From positions 319 to 64,318 of the forward strand of contig JAKPFN010000014.1 in assembly GCA_029551395.1 (NCBI GenBank): a DNA stretch of 64,000 nucleotides. Reading direction: 5' to 3'. Shown piece after piece: positions 7,177 to 16,203 of the stretch. Below the pieces are notes generated by a model. The model did not search any database and was not told the origin of the DNA. It was given only the letters and a program-made list of their open reading frames with translations. Made by a program: the position numbers and the translations under genes. The first letter of the stretch is position 1; each line of letters starts with the position of its first letter. This DNA is from Armatimonadota bacterium (GTDB lineage Bacteria > Armatimonadota > UBA5829 > DTLH01).

Positions 7177-9933
7177 TTAGCTGGTTCTTGTCAGAGAATT
7201 ATGTACAGCGCTTGGCTCCAATGCAGCCGCAATTATTGCAATATCATCCCTTATTTCTTGATTAGCAAAGTTGGTAGTCTCTTCTATGACCTTTTCAACC
7301 ATTTCACGCGGGCCTACACGTGCATACTTAAAAACAATATCCTGCAGCCCTTCTATAGACAGCATATTACCGGCTTGCTTGGCGTCGATAATGCCATCCG
7401 TATAAAGCAACAGCATATCGCCAGGGTTTAGCATAAGTTCCCTCTCATCATACTCAGAATCCTCCGAGTAACCAACAGGAATACCCGTGCGGTAGAACAT
7501 TATCTGCTGCCTGCCGCCTCTGGTCAGTGCAATCGCTGGCGGATGACCTGCATTTGCATAAGTCATCCATCCTGTATCTGGATCTATCACCGCGCAAAAT
7601 ACCGTTACAACTGCCTTGGATTCAAAATAAGTCATTAGAGCGCGATTTAACAAGTCCAGCACTGCAGCAGGTGAATCTGGCCACTGGAAAAAGAACGCTC
7701 GAATCATATAACGCACCATTGCAGTATGAACGGCTGCCTGAATACCTTTGCCTGTTATATCAGCAACAACAAGAGCTACTTTTTTGTTCGGGAGAGTAAT
7801 CACATCGTAAAGGTCGCCGCCCACACGCGCTTCATCAAGAGCAGGTATATACTTGTGTCCAAACACTAACCTGCCCAACCTGTCAGGAATGACTCCTATC
7901 AGTGTGCTCTGCAGAGTCTCTGCTATCTTATACTCCCTGTGGAACAGCTTCGCATTGGCAATAACCACCGCTGCATGACTCGCAATAGACGCAAGTAAAT
8001 CGATTTCAATAGGCTTGTAATTATGAGGCTGTCTGGTCCATACAGTGATAGTGCCTATTGCTTCTTCACCTACGATTAGAGGCGCAGATATCAGTCCCCG
8101 AAGCTGTTCCCTTTTCACAAGCTCATGCAGACGAATGTCCATCTCACTGCTGATATCCGTCCGATGCACCGGCCGCTTCTCCTGATAAACCACTCCAGAC
8201 CAGCGCTCCCCAGGCTGGATTATTACTTTTTCACAAAACTCCTTGCTGAGATTGTACGCCTCTGCTATTTTCATTCTCCCATCTTTGTCTGCCAAAAATA
8301 TAGCACAGGCATCAACCTCCATTACTTCGCAGGTAGCCCGGACCAGTGAACGCAATACCTGTTTCAAATCCAGCGATGCAGATATCGATTCATCCACTTT
8401 TCTTAGCGAATCCATTACCTTTATTAGCTCTGATGTGCGGCTGTGAGTATAAGCGTTATGAACTGCAATAGCAGCGGTAGAAGCAAATGCACCTAGAAAC
8501 TCTATTTGTTCATGTAACGCCAAATCACCAGCCTGGTCAGTTGGAAAGACTGCCGCAAGCACTCCCACTGGTCTATTGCCGACTACTAATGGCAACATAA
8601 CTGCCGTAAGCCCCTCCAAATCGATATTTGGATACGCAATTGTCGCAGGCACTTCCAGAGACCTAGGAGAATCCAGAGCATGTTCTGCCAGAGGAAGCAT
8701 TGCAGCAACCACACTATCTGTATTTATCTTAGGACTGACAACAGGTTCAAGGGCACCGGTAGTATCGTCCAGGCGGAATATTACTACATATACAGCACCA
8801 AACTGCAGCTTCAATACTTCAGCTATCGACGCTGCAACTCTGCTGATATCAAGGCTTGCTGTAATTGTTCGTGAAACCTCCAGCAAGCTCTGCTGAATAC
8901 GTGTGGTGAACCTCAACGCACGCTGCTGCATCTCAAGACTCTCAGTCATCTGATTGAAACTTTCAGCCAGAGTCTGAAGTTCATCTCTAGTGTTGACATC
9001 CACACGTCGTCTAAGGTCACCAACAGTCACCGCTTCTACTGCATGAGATAACTTCCGAATAGACGAGATTATCCTGTTCCCAATGCCGTAATAAATAGCG
9101 ATTGCAGGCAATACAAGCACCAGCCAAAGTAAATACCAACCTTCTCTGGCAAATGATGGCCCTGGCACTCCTGCCGTACTTATCACTGCAACACGCCAGC
9201 CAAAATCAGGTAAAATCGTAGCCGTGCTATAATCCGATGCATTTCGAAGTTCCACTATCCGGCCTGGCACCAGCATGGAGGCTTTTTCTAAAGCTGCAGT
9301 TGAACTTTTAGATAGATTGTTCCCTGACTTACAGACCAGCTTTCCGTTCCGGTCGATTATTACCGCACTGCGGTTGCCATCCATAACTGATGAAAGCACC
9401 TGACCTATTGCATCTGCTGACACAACTGCATAAATCGTTCCAGTGCCTCCATGGTCAAATGAAACCGGCAGGCTTATGGTAAACACATTCCTCCCTGCCA
9501 GATTATATACAGATGTAACACTCTCATCAGAGCGAAGACTGGATGGAGGTAGTTCTTCCTTTTGCTGACCTGGCTGTAATTCAGGATATCTGTAGTATTT
9601 ATTATTCTCCGTATCTATCAGTCCAGCAGCCAGACATTCGTGGTTATCTGAAACTATTGATTGCAGTAAATTGGAGACCTGCTCAGGATTGTCACTACGT
9701 TGAATCTGACCTAGAGCTTTATAAAGGGAATTGACCAACTCGTCAACAAGAAACTCAACCGAGGTAGCAGCGGCACGAGTTTGTGCAGCCTGCGCACGCG
9801 CGGCAAGGATATCCGCTTGCTTGCAGTAACTTCTGATAATGACATACTGAAGCGCTGCCAGCGGGACAAACGCTGCCAAAAATACAGCCACAAGCCTGCT
9901 TGTGATGCTTTGGAGCCTTGGCCTCAATCCCAT
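7177..9933 (-). CDS. Membrane sensor PP2C-family serine phosphatase (RsbU/SpoIIE-like) with periplasmic sensor, HAMP and two GAF domains
   Basis: 918 aa with two TM segments flanking a ~250-aa extracytoplasmic domain. HAMP ('LRRRVDVNTRDELQTLAESFNQMTESLE'), two GAF-like regions, and a C-terminal PP2C ('DITGKGIQAAV', 'LLLYTDGIIDA'). Confidence 0.85.
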   Translation of the reverse strand: MGLRPRLQSITSRLVAVFLAAFVPLAALQYVIIRSYCKQADILAARAQAAQTRAAATSVEFLVDELVNSLYKALGQIQRSDNPEQVSNLLQSIVSDNHECLAAGLIDTENNKYYRYPELQPGQQKEELPPSSLRSDESVTSVYNLAGRNVFTISLPVSFDHGGTGTIYAVVSADAIGQVLSSVMDGNRSAVIIDRNGKLVCKSGNNLSKSSTAALEKASMLVPGRIVELRNASDYSTATILPDFGWRVAVISTAGVPGPSFAREGWYLLWLVLVLPAIAIYYGIGNRIISSIRKLSHAVEAVTVGDLRRRVDVNTRDELQTLAESFNQMTESLEMQQRALRFTTRIQQSLLEVSRTITASLDISRVAASIAEVLKLQFGAVYVVIFRLDDTTGALEPVVSPKINTDSVVAAMLPLAEHALDSPRSLEVPATIAYPNIDLEGLTAVMLPLVVGNRPVGVLAAVFPTDQAGDLALHEQIEFLGAFASTAAIAVHNAYTHSRTSELIKVMDSLRKVDESISASLDLKQVLRSLVRATCEVMEVDACAIFLADKDGRMKIAEAYNLSKEFCEKVIIQPGERWSGVVYQEKRPVHRTDISSEMDIRLHELVKREQLRGLISAPLIVGEEAIGTITVWTRQPHNYKPIEIDLLASIASHAAVVIANAKLFHREYKIAETLQSTLIGVIPDRLGRLVFGHKYIPALDEARVGGDLYDVITLPNKKVALVVADITGKGIQAAVHTAMVRYMIRAFFFQWPDSPAAVLDLLNRALMTYFESKAVVTVFCAVIDPDTGWMTYANAGHPPAIALTRGGRQQIMFYRTGIPVGYSEDSEYDERELMLNPGDMLLLYTDGIIDAKQAGNMLSIEGLQDIVFKYARVGPREMVEKVIEETTNFANQEIRDDIAIIAAALEPSAVHNSLTRTS

Positions 9934-10300
9934 AGTAGTTCAACTCCTGGACCTTCGAGGCGTCGCAGCTTAGATTGCCACGTAGAGAAGTATAATAGGG
10001 TGTCGCCAGCCTGTCAAGCACTAGTAATTATAAATCTATATATTCATGACTATGACTCTAATGTCTGAAAATGGATTTTTAACTGTTGAATTGATAAGCA
10101 TACTCGTAAATTGTCCTCTGTTTTATTGGTGATATCACTCTGCTGTTGACAGAACCAATGGGTAACATCATCTACAGATTTAATATGCGAGTATGTGTCA
10201 CGATGTTGTCAAAACTGTAGGGCTGTGATAAAGTAGCAGAGTGCCTCTAAAATAGAAGAGAGAATAATTTGCAAGCCGCTGGCACCTAGGAGGATAGTCC

Positions 10301-11788
10301 ATGCAATTTAATGTTCTGCAGAAGTCATTGACTGAAGCTGAGTGTGATGTACTTGTTGTCAATTTGTTTGAAGGCGTCAAGCAGCCTGGTGGTGGAACCG
10401 GAGCTGTAGATAAAGCAGTCGGTGGAGCTATAACTCAACTAATCGAACGTGAAAATTTCGAAGGTAAACTGGGCCAGACTGTAGACCTCACTCCTGCCTC
10501 TGGAGTCAAAGCGCCTAAAATCTTAGTAGTAGGACTTGGCAAGCAAGAAGAATTCAATGCTAACAAAGTCCGAGAAGCATCTTCGGCTGCTGCCAGAAAA
10601 GCAAAAGAATTCTCCGCCAAAAAAGTAGCCACAATCCTGCATGGCGCTGGAACTGGCGGCATTGAACCATCAGCAGCAGCTCGCGCACTAGTTGAAGGTA
10701 CGATTCTTGGCACTTATGAGTATACAAAACATAAAACCAAGGATGTCAAACCTAACCCGCTGGAGCAGATTGACATCATAGAGTTGGACGCTGCTAAAAT
10801 CGATGCCATTAAACAGGGAATTTCTCGTGGACAGATAACAGCAGAAGCAACAAATTTCGCCCGAGACCTGACCAATGAACCAGCCAATATCCTGACACCT
10901 ACGCTTATGGCCGAACAAGCTGCCTCTATAGCCAAAGAAGGTGGGCTTGAGTGCAGAATTATCGGCCAGGAAGAGATGAAGCAGTTAGGCATGAACCTGA
11001 TTCTCGCCGTAGCTAAAGGAAGCATGCAGGAACCGAAGTTCATTATCTTAAAATATACTGCCCCTGGAGCTTCCAAGACCGTTGCGTTTGTTGGAAAAGG
11101 TATCACCTTCGACTCTGGAGGATTGAACCTGAAACAGGGCGAGGGTATGGCGGATATGAAAGACGACATGTCTGGTGCGGGAGTCGTTCTTGCAACTATG
11201 AGTGCCGTTGCAAAACTCAAACCAAAAGTCAATGTGCTTGGCATCATGCCTGCAACTGAGAATATGATTGGCGGAAACGCTACTCATCCAGGCGACGTCA
11301 TTCGTGGATTCTCCGGCAAGACTGTCGAAATCAACAATACAGATGCTGAAGGCAGACTGATACTCGTTGACGGTGTCGCTTTTGCAGAAAAAGAAGGCGC
11401 TGACGAAATTATCGACATTGCAACACTTACCGGAGCCTGTGTAGTTGCACTTGGCAGGCAAATGGCAGGAATTTTAGGCACTGACCAGAGTATGATTGAC
11501 CGCATTATCAGCGCTGGAGAAGAAAGCGGTGAGAAATTCTGGCAGCTTCCGCTTCATGAAGGATATCAGGACACTCTTAAGAGCGATGTAGCTGACATGA
11601 AGAACTCTCCTGGTCATGCCGGCACAATCACGGCCGCTCTTTTCATCAAAGAGCATATCGAAATGAATAACTGGGTACATCTGGACATTGCTGGCCCGTG
11701 CTTATCAGACAAAGAGACACCGATTGGCCCCAAGGGCGGCACTGGATTCGGCGTTGGCACACTCGTCAACTACCTCATGAACCAGTAA
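10301..11788 (+). CDS. pepA: Leucyl aminopeptidase (M17 family)
   Basis: 495 aa with the M17 signature 'NTDAEGRL' plus 'GKGITFDSGG'. SD 'ggagga' upstream. Confidence 0.9.
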   Translation: MQFNVLQKSLTEAECDVLVVNLFEGVKQPGGGTGAVDKAVGGAITQLIERENFEGKLGQTVDLTPASGVKAPKILVVGLGKQEEFNANKVREASSAAARKAKEFSAKKVATILHGAGTGGIEPSAAARALVEGTILGTYEYTKHKTKDVKPNPLEQIDIIELDAAKIDAIKQGISRGQITAEATNFARDLTNEPANILTPTLMAEQAASIAKEGGLECRIIGQEEMKQLGMNLILAVAKGSMQEPKFIILKYTAPGASKTVAFVGKGITFDSGGLNLKQGEGMADMKDDMSGAGVVLATMSAVAKLKPKVNVLGIMPATENMIGGNATHPGDVIRGFSGKTVEINNTDAEGRLILVDGVAFAEKEGADEIIDIATLTGACVVALGRQMAGILGTDQSMIDRIISAGEESGEKFWQLPLHEGYQDTLKSDVADMKNSPGHAGTITAALFIKEHIEMNNWVHLDIAGPCLSDKETPIGPKGGTGFGVGTLVNYLMNQ

Positions 11789-11941
11789 CATCATAACTTA
11801 CTGACCATACAAATAGCCCGGTAGTCCAGTCAGGCTGCCGGGCTTATTTGTTCCTCTAACATCCTCCTTCTTAGCCTCAAACATTCCTACTTACGGGTAA
11901 GTACAGTATGTAGAATAATCTTTCGAATAACGAGGCTGCAG

Positions 11942-12397
11942 ATGTCTATCAGGAATAAATGGAGTTGGGTAGCAGGGCTGGCAACTGCAGGTGTAATAGA
12001 TTCGCTATATCTCCTGCTGTTTCAAACAAAAAAGATAGACCGTATAATCTGTCCCATCTTTGGAGAAGGATGTGAACGGGTATCAAGACATCCTATAGCG
12101 TACCCAAGAGGGATACCGGATGCTATTTTTGGAGTAGCAGGATATACCGCGGCTGCTGCTATAGCGCTTGCAATTCCTCGTACAACCGGGAATACTCAAA
12201 AGACCCTTGCTGCAGCCGCTGCAGGAGGTTCGGTACTGGCTGCTGGGCTTAGCGCGTTCCTTACCTATGCCCAGCCAACCAAAACCGGAGCCTGGTGTTT
12301 TTGGTGCCTGGTGTCGGCTATCATTTCGACAACCATGGCTCCAATAGCAATATCAGGGTCAATAGAAATCCTGCGAAATTCAAACAAACAGGAGTAG
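11942..12397 (+). CDS. Vitamin K epoxide reductase (VKOR)-family membrane thiol oxidoreductase
   Basis: 151 aa with four predicted TM segments. It has the loop Cys pair 'CPIFGEGC' and the TM CXXC active-site motif 'CFWC'. Confidence 0.55.
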   Translation: MSIRNKWSWVAGLATAGVIDSLYLLLFQTKKIDRIICPIFGEGCERVSRHPIAYPRGIPDAIFGVAGYTAAAAIALAIPRTTGNTQKTLAAAAAGGSVLAAGLSAFLTYAQPTKTGAWCFWCLVSAIISTTMAPIAISGSIEILRNSNKQE

Positions 12398-12402
12398 GAA
12401 CT

Positions 12403-13092
12403 ATGTCACAGTTTCCTGAATACGGAGTCCCAGAATCGAAAGTCTCAGATAATTTAATTATTGGTGCTGTAAGAAACGCTCTGGGTGAGAGTGAGGAAGT
12501 CGATACAAGCGATATCGTAGTCGATGCCGCAGACGGCATTATCAGGCTGACCGGTGTTGTCAGCACTTTTTACGAAAAGAGAAAAGCCGGACGCCTCGCA
12601 CGGGCAGCAGAGGGTGTCAAAGGAGTTGATAACTCCCTTGTTGTAGTGCCAGACAAACAACCAACAGACCAGAAGATTTTTGATGCTATAGATAAAGCTC
12701 TTGGTAATTTCCCTGAGGGAAGACCTGCAAGAATTGGAGTGCGTATGGTCGAATCCGGAGTAGCTTATATTTCCGGCAAGGCATCAAATGCCCAGGAAGC
12801 ATGGAATGCTATCGATATAGCCTCCAAAATCCCCGGTGTAAAAGATATTGTAGATGAGATAGATATTGCGCCAGGTGAACCGATAGATGATGTAGAAATC
12901 AAAAATCTGGTAATAGATGCTCTCTCGGAGGATTCAAGAGTCGACCCATTTGAGATTGAGGTAAATGTTCGCAATGCAGAAGTATATCTGGAAGGAGAAG
13001 TAGAAGACGAGGAGGCTATAAGAGCCGCTGGAGAACTGGCAAGCACCGCAGCAGGCGTCAAACGTGTCATCAATCATATTCGCATCAGATAA
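12403..13092 (+). CDS. BON-domain protein (OsmY-like, three BON repeats)
   Basis: Track ORF 12295..13092. The start is reassigned to the ATG at 12403, after SD 'caggagtagg'. There are three repeats of the BON pattern ('...V.V..G.V.L.G.V.S...'). Confidence 0.65.
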   Translation: MSQFPEYGVPESKVSDNLIIGAVRNALGESEEVDTSDIVVDAADGIIRLTGVVSTFYEKRKAGRLARAAEGVKGVDNSLVVVPDKQPTDQKIFDAIDKALGNFPEGRPARIGVRMVESGVAYISGKASNAQEAWNAIDIASKIPGVKDIVDEIDIAPGEPIDDVEIKNLVIDALSEDSRVDPFEIEVNVRNAEVYLEGEVEDEEAIRAAGELASTAAGVKRVINHIRIR

Positions 13093-13460
13093 ACCGGCAC
13101 TGCAACATTGTATTTGAATCTGAAGAAAGGTAGAAATGGGATAAAGATTACTGTCATGCTTTATCCCTTTCCATCTTTCCAACGTTTTAGGTCTCTAGCA
13201 ACAAATTGTTCTACCAGACATCTGATGGATTTAGGATGAATTCATTAACTAAATGCTGCCCCTAACTGGAGCGCAAACCTTTACTATGCCCCTCACCCTC
13301 CGCCCGGAGTACATCCTGCGGCCAAAAGCATTACTATGAGTAGTATAATAGCTTGTATTATTCGATAAATCACACTTACTCACCTCCTCTGCTTAGGAAA
13401 CCCTATTACTTATTCCGATTTTTCCACAGTTTATGGCTATCTTCCTTTTAGTAATATCTG

Positions 13461-13770
13461 ATAGCCTCAGACCTTTATGATTCATCTCTCGGGAAGGCTC
13501 TCACACGGGAGGGATCTTTCTCGGGAGGGCACTCTCTCGGGAGGGCACTCTCTCGGGAGGGCACTCTCTCGGGAGGGCACTCTCTCGGGAGGGCACTCTC
13601 TCGGGAGGGATTTGCAATCCCTCCCGGACATATTGCTGAGGAATCTGTGATTCCGGGTTATGGTCTGAAGCACCAATGACCGGGATTGCAAATCTCAGCT
13701 ATTCTTCCGGGCTAAATTGCAAATTTAGCCCGAGGGTATTGCCTCAGACCTTTATGATTCTACTTGACCG
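13461..13770. repeat. Complex intergenic repeat element, copy B. It is inverted relative to copy A and includes about six tandem copies of a 16-bp unit at ~13517..13612
   Basis: 'ctctcgggagggcact' in tandem. Palindromes gggatttgcaatccc and gggctaaattgcaaatttagccc. The reverse complement aligns to 5296..5545 (e.g. 'cagcaatatgtccgggagggattgcaaatccc' against 'cagcaatatgttcgggagagattgcaaatccc'). Confidence 0.7.
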
Positions 13771-14131
13771 GCTCTCCGTGTACCTTCAACTGACCCGGTT
13801 CCTCAGGAGAATACTCCCTGAAGTAACAAGTGAAGTAGTTTTTATGGCAAGCGGCTACTTTCTGGTCTACCCGTACAAGCAAAGACTTGCCCTCACAGTC
13901 CAAAAAGATGGACTTTACAGCTTGAGTATGGCCTGAAGTCTCTCCTTTCATCATCAATCTGCCTGCGCTTCTCCTAAATACATGGACAAAGCCTGTTTCC
14001 AGCGTCTTATCGAGCGCTTCCTGGTTCATATAACAAAGAGTAAGCACTTGACCAGTAGAATCATCCTGAATAACAGCCGGGATAAGCCCCTGGTCGTTGA
14101 AAACTAAAGAATCTAAGAAACTCAACTCCAA
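13760..14131 (-). CDS. hisI: Phosphoribosyl-AMP cyclohydrolase
   Basis: 123 aa. 'GLIPAVIQD...' and the His/Cys-rich C-terminus 'HTG...SCF'-like region typical of HisI. Overlaps hisF by 10 bp. Confidence 0.85.
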   Translation of the reverse strand: MELSFLDSLVFNDQGLIPAVIQDDSTGQVLTLCYMNQEALDKTLETGFVHVFRRSAGRLMMKGETSGHTQAVKSIFLDCEGKSLLVRVDQKVAACHKNYFTCYFREYSPEEPGQLKVHGEPVK

Positions 14132-14895
14132 ATACTCCTGACAATAACTCCTCGCTCGGAAAGATAGTCTTTTATCTGCTTGATAGTATAAATCTGGTAG
14201 TGGACTATAGATGCAATAAGTGCTGCATCGGCTCCACCGGCAGTCAGTGCGTCATAGATATGCTCAAGCGTACCTGCTCCGCCAGATGCAATTACGGGAA
14301 TACCGATACTGTCTGCCACGGCACGAGTAAGTTCAATATCATAACCTGCCTTAGTGCCATCTGCATCCATACTGGTAAGTAGAATCTCTCCAGCGCCCAA
14401 CTTTTCTGCCTCGATGGCCCATTTTACGGCATCTATACCAGTTGGTGTGCGCCCGCCGTGCGTGTAGACCTCCCATGAAAGGCCATCATCCATTCTCCGT
14501 TTTGCATCTATGGCAACAACCACACATTGAGAGCCGAACATCTCCGCTGCTTCCGAGATTAGCTTCGGATTATGTATAGCCGCCGTATTCACACTGACCT
14601 TATCCGCTCCGGTCTTGAGAATTGCACGGAAGTCCTCTACAGACCTGATACCTCCGCCTACAGTAAACGGAATAAATACCTTTTCTGCTGTTCGGCTGGC
14701 AACATCCAGAATGATATTACGCTTCTCATGACTTGCGGTAATATCTAAAAAGGTTACCTCATCCGCGCCTTCTTTATCATACAGCTCTGCAAGTTCTACC
14801 GGATCACCCGCATCCCGCAGGTTAACAAAATTCGTTCCTTTGACTACTCTACCTTCCTTGACATCGAGACAAGGAATAATTCTTTTAGCTAGCAT
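14122..14895 (-). CDS. hisF: Imidazole glycerol phosphate synthase cyclase subunit
   Basis: 257 aa. '[20 protein letters not shown]' and a (beta/alpha)8 pattern with 'GGGIRS' and 'SGGAG'. Confidence 0.9.
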   Translation of the reverse strand: MLAKRIIPCLDVKEGRVVKGTNFVNLRDAGDPVELAELYDKEGADEVTFLDITASHEKRNIILDVASRTAEKVFIPFTVGGGIRSVEDFRAILKTGADKVSVNTAAIHNPKLISEAAEMFGSQCVVVAIDAKRRMDDGLSWEVYTHGGRTPTGIDAVKWAIEAEKLGAGEILLTSMDADGTKAGYDIELTRAVADSIGIPVIASGGAGTLEHIYDALTAGGADAALIASIVHYQIYTIKQIKDYLSERGVIVRSIWS

Positions 14896-15043
14896 AGCAA
14901 CAGTCTACCGGATCAAGTGCTTGTTGGCAAGGATAGAGAGATGGTCTGATTGTCCAATTTGTGTTCACAACGCATAGATACTGGTCTAAGATAGTTACCA
15001 GGCTCAATAATCTTCCCATATATGACATTTACCTTCATACACA

Positions 15044-15072
15044 AAACTTTGAGTTAACTTTTGTCGTATAAT
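15044..15072 (+). promoter_or_regulatory. Candidate sigma70-type promoter upstream of the ECF sigma operon
   Basis: AAACTT-N17-TATAAT at 15044..15072, about 75 bp upstream of the GTG start. The -35 element is weak. Confidence 0.25.
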
Positions 15073-15146
15073 ACCTATAGCGTGGCTGTAACCAGATACA
15101 GGTCACAGCCGTCTGTAGTAATGGGAAGGCCAAAAGAGGATATCTC

Positions 15147-15803
15147 GTGACCAATGGGTTTATCTATGATTTCGGCATAAGCAATGAAGAATTGCTTAGC
15201 CGATGCAAAGAGAACGACGAGTCTGCACTTCGCGAGTTGCTGCGCAGGCATGAGAAGCCTGTGTACGGCCTTTTATATCGGATGCTCGGGAACCACGAGG
15301 ATGCCGAAGAAGCCCTGGCAGATGTCTTCGTTAAAGTCTGGAGAGCTGCAGGAAGCTTCCGAGGCACAGCGAAGTTCACTACGTGGTTATACCGCATTGC
15401 AGGCAATACTGCTCGGGATGTGCTGAGGTCACGCAAGGCCAGACCGGAAATTGCAATCGAGGACGATATTTTAACAGAGACCGACTTGGTCGGTACAGCA
15501 GCAGTTGATCCTGAAACAACCGTGATCAACGCAGATGAAGTTGCCAGAATCGAGCTGGCAATGCAGAAACTGACACCTGAAGATCGGCTTCTGGTTCACC
15601 TATATCATATACAGGAGTTGGACCTTGAAGAGATTAACAGGATAACCGGTATAAACAGGTCGAACTTAAAAGTGAAACTTTTCAGGGCAAGGCAAAAGTT
15701 GAGAACTCACCTGGAGAGTCTTGACCAGGAGAAAAATAATGAACTGCAACCAGATACAACCGAATCTATTGGACTACAACCGGGGTCTGCTGAATCAGCG
15801 TGA
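15147..15803 (+). CDS. ECF (group IV) RNA polymerase sigma factor
   Basis: 218 aa with a GTG start after SD 'agagga'. Region 2 ('LLRRHEKPVYGLLYRMLGNHEDAEEALADVFVKVW') and region 4 ('LDLEEINRITGINRSNLKVKLFRARQKL'). Confidence 0.85.
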   Translation: MTNGFIYDFGISNEELLSRCKENDESALRELLRRHEKPVYGLLYRMLGNHEDAEEALADVFVKVWRAAGSFRGTAKFTTWLYRIAGNTARDVLRSRKARPEIAIEDDILTETDLVGTAAVDPETTVINADEVARIELAMQKLTPEDRLLVHLYHIQELDLEEINRITGINRSNLKVKLFRARQKLRTHLESLDQEKNNELQPDTTESIGLQPGSAESA

Positions 15804-16203
15804 GGCTGCTGCTGTTCGGGCACACCTCAACGTATGCCCGGAGTGCCGTGCGGTGATGGATGCAGAAATTAAACTTGCGGATAGACTTTCTGCAGCACCA
15901 GCAATAGAGCCGCAATCTGATGTGTGGACGCGCGTGGAAGCTAAAATCAGCACGCACAGGCACAAAAGGTCTGTCTTTGACCTGTTCTTTGCTGGCACTG
16001 CCAGAAAATTAGCGACGGCTGTGACTGCTCTCACTGTCCTGATTGCGGTAATGATAGCCATGTATGAGCCGCCTGCGCCTCCTTCTCAAAAGGAAAGCAT
16101 TAACCAGGCTATCGTTATGATGCAGGTCCAACCGGTCGAACCAGCAGCATCCGTTGGAGATACTACAGACGAAATGATGAAGGTGCTAGAAAATGCACTT
16201 TAA
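15739..16203 (+). CDS. Membrane-anchored zf-HC2 anti-sigma factor
   Basis: Internal ATG at 15739 after SD 'aggag'. 'HLNVCPECRAV' gives an H-x3-C-x2-C zinc motif. A single TM segment, 'LATAVTALTVLIAVMIAMY'. Overlaps the 3' end of the sigma gene. Confidence 0.6.
   Translation: MNCNQIQPNLLDYNRGLLNQREAAAVRAHLNVCPECRAVMDAEIKLADRLSAAPAIEPQSDVWTRVEAKISTHRHKRSVFDLFFAGTARKLATAVTALTVLIAVMIAMYEPPAPPSQKESINQAIVMMQVQPVEPAASVGDTTDEMMKVLENAL

Noticed and set aside
13482-13691. Track ORF of 69 aa with a repetitive 'PRECPPERVPSRE' sequence
   Set aside because: It is produced purely by translating the 16-bp tandem repeats of element B. It has no start context and no SD, and its periodic low-complexity translation is not protein-like.
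5296-13770. Possibility that the repeat copies are a CRISPR array or the ends of a transposon
   Set aside because: The repeat units are 16-20 bp and directly abut one another with no unique spacers, so this is not CRISPR-like. No transposase, integrase or recombinase lies within or next to the 8-kb block, and the flanked genes are ordinary chromosomal genes.
14896-15146. An autoregulatory ECF-type promoter ('GGAAC...N16...GTCTAA') upstream of the sigma operon
   Set aside because: A GGTCTAA heptamer is present near 14990, but no GAAC-like -35 element sits at the proper spacing. Only a weak sigma70-like AAACTT-N17-TATAAT could be proposed.
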